DNA of 42,120 nucleotides from an uncultured Clostridia bacterium (GTDB lineage: Bacteria > Bacillota > Clostridia > TANB77 > CAG-508). Position 1 is the first letter of the stretch; each line of letters opens with the position of its first letter. Under the pieces are notes generated by a model. That model did no database searches and was not told the origin of the DNA. It was given only the letters and a program-made list of their open reading frames with translations. Positions 15,316 through 22,610 of this stretch are shown piece after piece. The stretch covers positions 1 through 42,120 of the forward strand of contig CALWZZ010000001.1 of assembly GCA_944386145.1 (NCBI GenBank), written 5' to 3'. Both the position numbers and the translations under genes were made by a program.

Positions 15316-18042
15316 TTATCTGTAGCAATAATAATAATCCATATCCACTCTTCCTGAAATTCCATTTACAGAACCATCACTTGTATATTGCCACATAATA
15401 TAATCTTTTTCGTATGTACATTCATCTCCCCATTGTGCTACCCATTTTGGATATTGGTCTAAACTTTCATCATTAAGAATACCATTCCACCAAGTCAAAT
15501 TTGCATAAATACCGATATTATCATATCCATATCCATTCATTGTATCAACAAATGTATGGGCAATTTCTCTATACATTTCATCTGTAACATTGTAATCTGC
15601 TTTATAGCCATCTGATTCCATATCAAACCAAATTCCATATTCTGGTGTTGTATAATCTCCAGCTTGTACCAATAATCTTCTTACATGTTCTGCTTCTGAT
15701 ACAGCCTTATCTGTATCTACTGCATATGAATAAATATATACACCATAAGGAATACCTAATCGTTTACATTCCGTTACATTTCTTATAAACATGCTATCAT
15801 CTTGTGTCATATCATTTACACCATATCCGCAACGGATAATAACATAATCCACTTCATTTTTTACTTTTTCCCAATCAATATTTCCTTGATGTTCAGAAAT
15901 ATCAATTCCTCTTAAAATAGTTCTATCAATTGAAAAGTCTACAGTTGAAGAAGAAAGCACAGTTCCATCTTCTTTTTCAGCTACTACACGAATTGTATAA
16001 TTGCCTTCTGGATAACTTGTTAGTGGTATTTCCATACGAAATCCTGGTGTTGGATTTGTTTCAATTCCGCCATATCCTTCTACTGAATTAATAACATCTT
16101 GTCTTGCTCTTCTTGTAATTTCTTCGTCTAATTGTACATCATCTAAATAGATTTTTAATGTTACATCATCATATGTAGACATTATCCATCCTGATATTTC
16201 CATATTATCTCTTCCTGTAATATGTCCTTGTGATGGTGTATCTACATAAATCATTGTTGGATATTTTACCAATGTAAATTGTCTTGTTTCTTCTGCTAAA
16301 ACACTTCCATCTTGTGTTAAAATTCTAACAGATACTGTATGAATACCATCTTCAAGATTTGATACATCTGCTAAAACTTTAAATCCTGGCTCTGGATTTC
16401 TTTCTAATCCGCCATATCCTTCTATTGCACTAATAACATCTGGTCTTTCTCTTGTAACAACTTCTTGAGCAATACCATCTACTTTGATTTCTATAATTCT
16501 ATCTTTATAATTTGACATTACCCAACCATTAACTTCCACTTCTGTTGAACCAACATAATTGGTTGGTAAATCTACATTTAGATATGTAGGGTATTTGTAA
16601 ATATTTAAACTTCTATTCTCTTCTGCTAAAACTTCTCCGCTAGGTGCTAAAATTCTAATCGTTAATGTATGTGTTCCGTCTGCTATTTGGCTCAAATCTA
16701 AGCTTGCTTTAAATCCTGGTTCAGCATTTGTAGCACTTCCGCCATATCCTGGAATAGCACTTAATACATCTGGTCTTTGTCTTGTTGGAATATCTACATC
16801 TTGCTTAATTCCATCAATTAAAATTTGAATGGTTCTATCACTACAAGTTGATAATGCCCAACCATTAATTTCTAAGATATCTGTATCTATGTCACTTGTG
16901 TTTGGATAATCTACATTTAAATATGTTTGATATTTTTGTATTGTCAAATTTCTTACTTCTCTTGCGATAACCTCTCCACTCTCATTGGCGATTACTCTAA
17001 TCGTTAAAGTATGTTCTCCATCTGCAATATTGCTTAAATCTAAAGTTGCTTTAAATCCTGGCTCTGCATTTGTAGCAGCTCCACCATATCCTGGAACAGC
17101 ACTTAATACATCTGGTCTCTCTCTTGTTGGAATATCGACATCTTGTACTTCTCCATCTATGTAAACTCGAATGGTTCTATCTCTACAAGTTGACAATACC
17201 CATCCATTGATTTCTAAGGTATTTGTATCAATATAATTTGTATTTGGATAATCTAAATTAAGATATGTTTCATATTTTTGTATTTGTAAAGTTCTTGTTT
17301 CTTGTGCTAAGATTTCTCCATTATCTGACAAAATTCTAATGGTTAAGGTATGTACGCCATCTGGTACATTTGTTAAATCTAGTGTTGCTTTAAATCCTGG
17401 TTTCGCATTTGTTTCAATTCCACCATATCCTGAAATTGCACTTAATACATCTGGTCTTTCTCTTGTTGGAATGTCTACATTTTCTACACCACCATCTAAT
17501 AAAATTTGAATAGTTCTATCACTACATGTTGACAATACCCATCCATTGATTTCTAAGGTATTTGTATCAATATAGTTTGTATTTGGATAATCTATATTTA
17601 AGTATGTTTGATATTTTTGTATATTCAAATTTCTGTTTTCTTCTGCTAAGATTTCTCCTGTGTTTGCTAAAATTCTAATGGTTAAGGTATGCTCTCCATC
17701 TGACACATTACTTAAATCTAATGTTGCTTTAAATCCTGGTTCGGCATTTGTATCGGCTCCACCATATCCTGAAACAGCACTTAATACATCTGGCCTCTCT
17801 CTTGTTGGAATATCAACATCTTGTACGGTTCCATCTAATAAAATTTGAATAGTTCTATCGCTACATGTTGATAAAACCCATCCATTAATTTCTAAAGTAT
17901 CTGTATCAATCGCATTTGTATTCGGATAATCTATATTTAAGTAGGTTTCATAATCTTCTGTTGCGGCTTGTACTGTGTTAATCGCTAAAAATGATACTAA
18001 AATGATTAAAAATATACATCCTATAGACAATAATTTTTTCAT
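15316..18042 (-). CDS. Secreted GH25 muramidase with six N-terminal repeats of about 113 aa
   Basis: There is a signal peptide (MKKLLSIGCIFLIILVSFLAINTVQA). Six repeats have the form TYLN(I/V)DYP...INGW(V/A)LS...RERPDVLSA..GYGG..TNAEPGFKA.LDLS...DG.HTLTIRI. The C-terminal GH25 domain carries GIDISEHQGNIDW, GIPYGVYIYSYA and WQYTSDGSVNGISGRVDMD. I prefer the ATG at 18042 (AAGGAGA 8 nt upstream) over the TTG at 18048. Confidence 0.85.
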   Translation of the reverse strand: MKKLLSIGCIFLIILVSFLAINTVQAATEDYETYLNIDYPNTNAIDTDTLEINGWVLSTCSDRTIQILLDGTVQDVDIPTRERPDVLSAVSGYGGADTNAEPGFKATLDLSNVSDGEHTLTIRILANTGEILAEENRNLNIQKYQTYLNIDYPNTNYIDTNTLEINGWVLSTCSDRTIQILLDGGVENVDIPTRERPDVLSAISGYGGIETNAKPGFKATLDLTNVPDGVHTLTIRILSDNGEILAQETRTLQIQKYETYLNLDYPNTNYIDTNTLEINGWVLSTCRDRTIRVYIDGEVQDVDIPTRERPDVLSAVPGYGGAATNAEPGFKATLDLSNIADGEHTLTIRVIANESGEVIAREVRNLTIQKYQTYLNVDYPNTSDIDTDILEINGWALSTCSDRTIQILIDGIKQDVDIPTRQRPDVLSAIPGYGGSATNAEPGFKASLDLSQIADGTHTLTIRILAPSGEVLAEENRSLNIYKYPTYLNVDLPTNYVGSTEVEVNGWVMSNYKDRIIEIKVDGIAQEVVTRERPDVISAIEGYGGLERNPEPGFKVLADVSNLEDGIHTVSVRILTQDGSVLAEETRQFTLVKYPTMIYVDTPSQGHITGRDNMEISGWIMSTYDDVTLKIYLDDVQLDEEITRRARQDVINSVEGYGGIETNPTPGFRMEIPLTSYPEGNYTIRVVAEKEDGTVLSSSTVDFSIDRTILRGIDISEHQGNIDWEKVKNEVDYVIIRCGYGVNDMTQDDSMFIRNVTECKRLGIPYGVYIYSYAVDTDKAVSEAEHVRRLLVQAGDYTTPEYGIWFDMESDGYKADYNVTDEMYREIAHTFVDTMNGYGYDNIGIYANLTWWNGILNDESLDQYPKWVAQWGDECTYEKDYIMWQYTSDGSVNGISGRVDMDYYYCYR
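15922..17949 (-). repeat. Six tandem in-frame coding repeats with a period of about 339 nt
   Basis: The repeat units cover aa 34-146, 147-259, 260-373, 374-486, 487-596 and 597-709 in ORF-track numbering. The first four are also very similar at the nucleotide level, for example in the recurring ...gcacttaatacatctgg... segment. Confidence 0.85.
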
Positions 18043-18134
18043 ATCCAATTCTCCTTTTTTATTTTTTTAATTCTTTATCTTTTTCTATTCATATTTAATT
18101 CTTATGGCTAGTAAATTTTTAGATTTTCTCCAAA

Positions 18135-19388
18135 TCAATCTTTATTTTTTCTAAAAAATCTAGTATATCGCCAGCTTCTAGAGTTTTTAATAGCTTGAAT
18201 AGCTTCATCTTTTTGTTTCATTTCTTCCTTTAAAGCCTCTATTGTTCTATCTTTCTCGCCTAATAAATAGCCTCGATTGTCAATTTCCCTTTGTTTTTCA
18301 TTTAGTTCTTGTTCTTTTATTTGATAAAATTCAATTGTTTGTTGTTTTAAAGTTTCTTCTTTTCTTCTTTCAAAATGTTCTGCTAATCGTTTAGAAACTA
18401 GTAGGTTTCTTGCATATTGGCTATATTCCTGTTTTATCTTTTCTATATCCACCTCCTCACAATTTTCTAAACGTGTTAATACTTCATCAATTTTTGTTTC
18501 AAAACAAAAATTGTTATAGGCATAATCTTTAATCTGTTCTAGTTGTGTTAATGTAGCTTCAAAATTTTCGATGATTTCTTTTACAATGGTATCTGCGTCC
18601 TTTTTAGAAAAGCCTCTACCTGAAAAATTGTGTGCTCGATTGGTTTCCATCGTTTCCATACGCAAATAGCCATCTCCTCCATGAATATCATAGATATATA
18701 CAGGGATTTTTAGTGACATGGCATATTGCACAGTTTTTCCGATAGTGATAATACAATCATACTCTTTTAGAATTTCATCTGTGATAAGTACCTGTTTTCC
18801 CACTAATCCATAAATGTCCACCTGATAACCTTTTTCTGATAATTTTTGAATGGCTTCCATTTCTTCTTCTGGTATGTGGTTTGAAACAACAGCAATCTTT
18901 TCAAGCTTTTCTACTTGTATATTTTGTTCAAAATAGCTTTTGAAAGAATAATTTTCTAATAAATATACATTTTTTATATGTTCTTCTTTTGTTAGCTTTT
19001 CATAAGTTTCTTGCGAATTTGCCAAAGAAAAACATAATGCATTTGCATAGATAGGTGCTGCTTCAAATGGTTCTTTTGGAGACAAAGAACTGGTTATGAT
19101 TTTTTTGGCACGTAGTCCTTTTTCAAAAATCAGCCAATCTAATAAATAAGAATGATGTGCCCACACAATATCAAATTCTATTTGTGAAAAATCAAAATCA
19201 TTTTCTAATAAATGAATGGTACCATCAAAATCATCTTTTACAATATCATAAATTGGAGGGCCAAATTCTAAAGCTGCTATATACACCTCATATCCGAGTT
19301 CTTTTAATCTTTTAGCAATTGTCACACAATTGATTTCCGAACCAGCAAATTGAACAATTGCAAAATTCGTTATTAATACCTTTTTCAT
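18135..19388 (-). CDS. GT-B-like (two Rossmann-like halves) protein with a C-terminal coiled coil; a candidate chain terminator or length regulator
   Basis: The N-terminus, MKKVLITNFAIVQFAGSEINCVTIAKRLKELGYEVYIA, looks like a glycosyltransferase. The last 90 aa or so are heptad-rich and charged (…LKQQTIEFYQIKEQELNEKQREIDNRGYLLGEKDRTIEALKEEMKQKDEAIQAIKNSRSWRYTRFFRK). The gene lies directly downstream of the exporter ATPase gene. Confidence 0.45.
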   Translation of the reverse strand: MKKVLITNFAIVQFAGSEINCVTIAKRLKELGYEVYIAALEFGPPIYDIVKDDFDGTIHLLENDFDFSQIEFDIVWAHHSYLLDWLIFEKGLRAKKIITSSLSPKEPFEAAPIYANALCFSLANSQETYEKLTKEEHIKNVYLLENYSFKSYFEQNIQVEKLEKIAVVSNHIPEEEMEAIQKLSEKGYQVDIYGLVGKQVLITDEILKEYDCIITIGKTVQYAMSLKIPVYIYDIHGGDGYLRMETMETNRAHNFSGRGFSKKDADTIVKEIIENFEATLTQLEQIKDYAYNNFCFETKIDEVLTRLENCEEVDIEKIKQEYSQYARNLLVSKRLAEHFERRKEETLKQQTIEFYQIKEQELNEKQREIDNRGYLLGEKDRTIEALKEEMKQKDEAIQAIKNSRSWRYTRFFRKNKD

Positions 19389-19394
19389 AAAAAC

Positions 19395-20612
19395 TTACCC
19401 CTCTTTTATTATCTCATAATCACAGCTACACAATCCTTCTGAATGTAAAGCACCAAAATGGTTTCTAGGTACTTTAACCTTAAAACTTGTTGCATAATCT
19501 ACCTTATCATAGCTAAACATTATCTTTTCATCACATACAGATACTGTCACATAATAGGTATCTTCCGCAAAATTATTTCTATTGATTTTATAGGTCACTT
19601 TTTTCTCATCTTTGCCAATGAATTGGTCAATTCTTACAGAATTAATCGCTGTTGTGATTTCTCCTTTTGAATTGGAAATTAATAATCCTACACCATAATT
19701 GTCAATTTGTTTTAAATTTTCTAGTTCAATTGTGATATATATATCGTCAAATACATCATAGACCTCTTTGTCTGCTGTTACTTTTTCTACACGGATAGAT
19801 TTATTTTTATCATTTTTCTTCTTTTTCTTTTCTTTCTCAATTACTTCGATTTTTTCTTGGATTTGTTTTTCTCTTGGATTATCAATCATATACTTTTTAT
19901 ATTCATCTGTTACAAAACCAGTATCTCCATCTAGTACAATTTGTCCATCTCTCATCCAAATAGCTCTCGTACAGAAGTTTTTTATGGCATGTAAAGAATG
20001 GGATACAAAAAGAATTGTTGTTCCTTTTTTTCTAATTTCCTTCATTTTTGTAATAGATTTTTCTTGGAATGCCATATCTCCAACAGATAAAACCTCGTCA
20101 ACAATTAAAACCTCTGGTTCTACGTTAATTGCACAAGCAAAAGCAAGTCTAGCAAACATACCAGATGAGTATGTTTTTACAGGTTGACTTAAATGCTCTC
20201 CAATATCTGCAAAATCAATAATTTCTTGTTCCTTTGCTTTAATTTCCTCATTGGTCATTCCCATAACTTGTCCATGTTGATAAATATTTTCATATCCTGT
20301 TAATTCTGAATTAAAAGCTGCTCCCAATTCTAGTAAAGAACTGATTTTTCCTTTTACATGGATTTCTCCACTAGTTGGTACAACTACCCCTGTTACCATT
20401 TTTAATAATGTGGATTTTCCTGCACCATTTTTTCCTAGAATACCAAGAATTTCTCCTTTTTTAACATTCAAATTCAAACCATTTACTGCTCTAAAGGCTT
20501 GATGACGATTTACCTTTGGAAATAAAATTTCAATTAAACGGTCTTGCTTTCTAGCATACATTTTATATTCTTTTACTAAATCCTTTATTTCAATTGCATT
20601 TTCTTCATTCAT
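19395..20612 (-). CDS. Polysaccharide/teichoic-acid ABC exporter ATPase (Wzt/TagH/RgpD-like) with an extra C-terminal domain
   Basis: It has Walker A GKNGAGKST, the signature YSSGMFARL and Walker B LIVDEVLSVGD. After a lysine-rich linker, about 135 further residues (roughly 19398-19799) are beta-rich, as in Wzt C-terminal glycan-binding domains. Confidence 0.85.
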   Translation of the reverse strand: MNEENAIEIKDLVKEYKMYARKQDRLIEILFPKVNRHQAFRAVNGLNLNVKKGEILGILGKNGAGKSTLLKMVTGVVVPTSGEIHVKGKISSLLELGAAFNSELTGYENIYQHGQVMGMTNEEIKAKEQEIIDFADIGEHLSQPVKTYSSGMFARLAFACAINVEPEVLIVDEVLSVGDMAFQEKSITKMKEIRKKGTTILFVSHSLHAIKNFCTRAIWMRDGQIVLDGDTGFVTDEYKKYMIDNPREKQIQEKIEVIEKEKKKKKNDKNKSIRVEKVTADKEVYDVFDDIYITIELENLKQIDNYGVGLLISNSKGEITTAINSVRIDQFIGKDEKKVTYKINRNNFAEDTYYVTVSVCDEKIMFSYDKVDYATSFKVKVPRNHFGALHSEGLCSCDYEIIKEG

Positions 20613-20639
20613 CTATTCTAACTCCCTTAAATCAAAATA

Positions 20640-21428
20640 TTATAATACATCTGCAAAATCTTTTTTGGCTCTTTTGAATATACTGTTTCCCCATACAAAT
20701 AAAACAACTACAATTATCCAAAATATAAGTGTATAAAATCCATATACCTCAAAGACAATATTTCCATCTATAAATACTTGACGCATTGCTGTAATTAGAT
20801 ATGTAAATGGCATACATTTTTCTACACTTAATAAAATACCATCGCCTAACATAGATAAATTCCAGATAATTGGTGTAAACCAGAAAATTAATTGCATAAC
20901 GATGGATAACAATTGTGAAAAATCTGGTACTAATGCACAAATAGCAGAAGTAAATCTTGTAAAGGCAAGTATAAATGCATATGCCGCAATTAATACATAG
21001 ATTAGCATTAAAATATTTGGAAAATATCCAAAACAACAACATACAATAATAGAAATAATCACTAAAAATAATCCTACTACTGCACATGATACAATAGATA
21101 TTGTTGGAATAATATCTACTGGAAAGACTAATTTTTTTACCAGATAACTATATGCTCTAATAGAATTGCTTGCATTCATAATCGTATCATTTAAAGTTAA
21201 CCATAATGCCATTGCTGGTATATACCAAACCACATAAGGGTCATTTCCTGCTGCTCCTGTTTTTAAAATATACTGGAATACAATAACATAAGTAAGCATA
21301 AAGATAAATGGTTGTATAAATCCCCATATTGCTCCTAAACTTGTATTGGCAAAACGATTTCTAAAATCGTTTTTTCCTAATTGCATAATTAATTTTCTAT
21401 TCTTGATTAGTGTCTTAAAAAAGTCCAT
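20640..21428 (-). CDS. ABC-2 type polysaccharide exporter permease (Wzm/TagG/RgpC-like)
   Basis: The protein has six TM segments and the typical N-terminus LGKNDFRNRFANTSLGAIWGFIQPF. I chose the ATG at 21428 (MDFFKTL) because a GGAGAG RBS lies 5 nt upstream. Confidence 0.85.
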   Translation of the reverse strand: MDFFKTLIKNRKLIMQLGKNDFRNRFANTSLGAIWGFIQPFIFMLTYVIVFQYILKTGAAGNDPYVVWYIPAMALWLTLNDTIMNASNSIRAYSYLVKKLVFPVDIIPTISIVSCAVVGLFLVIISIIVCCCFGYFPNILMLIYVLIAAYAFILAFTRFTSAICALVPDFSQLLSIVMQLIFWFTPIIWNLSMLGDGILLSVEKCMPFTYLITAMRQVFIDGNIVFEVYGFYTLIFWIIVVVLFVWGNSIFKRAKKDFADVL

Positions 21429-21465
21429 ATTTCTCTCCTTGTTTCTCTCTGTTTTTTCAAACCAT

Positions 21466-21494
21466 ATTGTATCTTTAATTCTATTATTTGTCAA
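21466..21494 (-). promoter_or_regulatory. Strong sigma-A-type promoter for the exporter operon
   Basis: The minus strand reads TTGACA, a 17-nt spacer, then TACAAT. Confidence 0.6.
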
Positions 21495-21540
21495 TTATAA
21501 AATTTGTTAATTTATTTTTCTGCGTCAAAAAATTTATTTA

Positions 21541-21736
21541 ATTAGTCAGAAGTTATATTATTATATTTTATGAAATTAAATGTGCTAATGGAGAAATATT
21601 ACAAATTCTTACATTATCAAGTGGGAGAATCTCAACCCCGCTTTGAGAGGGGCCTGCTTTATAATGTTAGAATTTGTATATTTCGCAATGCCAGCCATTT
21701 AATAAATAAAATATAATAATATAACTTCTGACTAAT
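21541..21736. repeat. Complete copy of the long palindromic intergenic element (homolog of 1-140)
   Basis: The outer stem is 31 bp and perfect (21541-21571 with 21706-21736). The inner arms are imperfect. The GC-rich apex is gggagaatctcaaccccgctttgagaggggcc. The element starts 11 nt after the stop of 21748-22491 (at 21748) and lies upstream of the exporter promoter. Confidence 0.7.
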
Positions 21737-21747
21737 CTTCATCATTT

Positions 21748-22491
21748 TTATGAAAAAATAGAATTTATAATTTCTTCATTTGACAATTCATTTCTTGCAT
21801 TTGTCGTAACAACAAATACTTTTTTATTATCCTTTTCGTAATGTTCGCAAGTTTGATAAGGGTCCATTTGTTCAAAAGGATATTCTACAATTTCTCCAGA
21901 AACTTCATCTGCCACATAACAGGTTCCAGTCATTGAAATTATATATAAATCCTCGCCATTCAACACATTTTGAATTTTCTCATCAATTTCATTACCATTT
22001 GTGGTATTTTCACACACCAAATATCCATCTGAATTAATAGAATATGTATTTTGTGTTGTATTATGCAACAACTCTAAAAATGCTTCTTGAGAATTACCAG
22101 CAACCCAGATACCTGTTTTATCTTGAAAATCTTCATCATATTGCCTTAAATTTTCTGGTCTTCCTTCTGGCATTTGATTTTCAATAATTCCTGCTAATAC
22201 TACATTGAATTGTACTTCTGGTTTTATGGTTAAAATTTTTCTACCATCATATTCTGATGTAACATCATAGATAGAATCATCTCCTGTTGCTCCAACATCT
22301 GCTTTTAACGCATCTACTGTTACATTTTCTTGATAAGCTACTTGATTTTTGTCAATTTCCACACCTTCTTGTGGTGTATATTCTATTACTTGCGAGTCTT
22401 CTGTTTCATTTTTTCTACTAAAGAAATATATTGCAATAGCAATTAAAATAATGATAACAATTATAATGACATATTTTATATATTTTTTCAT
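21748..22491 (-). CDS. Membrane-anchored extracytoplasmic protein of unknown function
   Basis: The protein is 247 aa from the ATG at 22491 (GGAGGAA RBS 8 nt upstream). It has a single N-terminal TM helix (YVIIIVIIILIAIAIYFF) followed by an acidic soluble domain. I recognised no family. Confidence 0.5.
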   Translation of the reverse strand: MKKYIKYVIIIVIIILIAIAIYFFSRKNETEDSQVIEYTPQEGVEIDKNQVAYQENVTVDALKADVGATGDDSIYDVTSEYDGRKILTIKPEVQFNVVLAGIIENQMPEGRPENLRQYDEDFQDKTGIWVAGNSQEAFLELLHNTTQNTYSINSDGYLVCENTTNGNEIDEKIQNVLNGEDLYIISMTGTCYVADEVSGEIVEYPFEQMDPYQTCEHYEKDNKKVFVVTTNARNELSNEEIINSIFS

Positions 22492-22506
22492 TTTTATCAT
22501 TCCTCC

Positions 22507-22549
22507 AAGGCACAAATAGATTGAAAAAATCATCATTGTTTTCAACCTT
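22507..22549 (-). promoter_or_regulatory. Leader hairpin motif, copy 2, upstream of the RBS of 21748-22491
   Basis: The minus-strand reading is aaggttgaaaacaatgatgattttttcaatctatttgtgcctt. It has the same flanking AAGGTTGAAAA and TTTGTGCCTT as 5774-5811, followed by GGAATGA and an A-rich stretch before the ATG. Confidence 0.45.
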
Positions 22550-22562
22550 TGTATACTTACTA

Positions 22563-22600
22563 CAAAAGGGACAGCAACTTCATACATGTCCCCTTTTTTT
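22563..22600 (-). terminator. Intrinsic terminator after the M14 hydrolase gene
   Basis: The minus strand reads aaaaaaaGGGGACAtgtatgaagttgcTGTCCCttttg, a GC stem followed by a T run. Confidence 0.6.
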
Positions 22601-22610
22601 ACAACATCAA

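Noticed and set aside
21570-21716. A 48-codon plus-strand ORF spanning the palindromic element. The homologous frame is also open in the copy at 1-140.
   Set aside because: I did not call it as a CDS because no Shine-Dalgarno sequence precedes either candidate ATG and the sequence is dominated by hairpin symmetry. It is kept as an alternative reading within the finding for 21541-21736.
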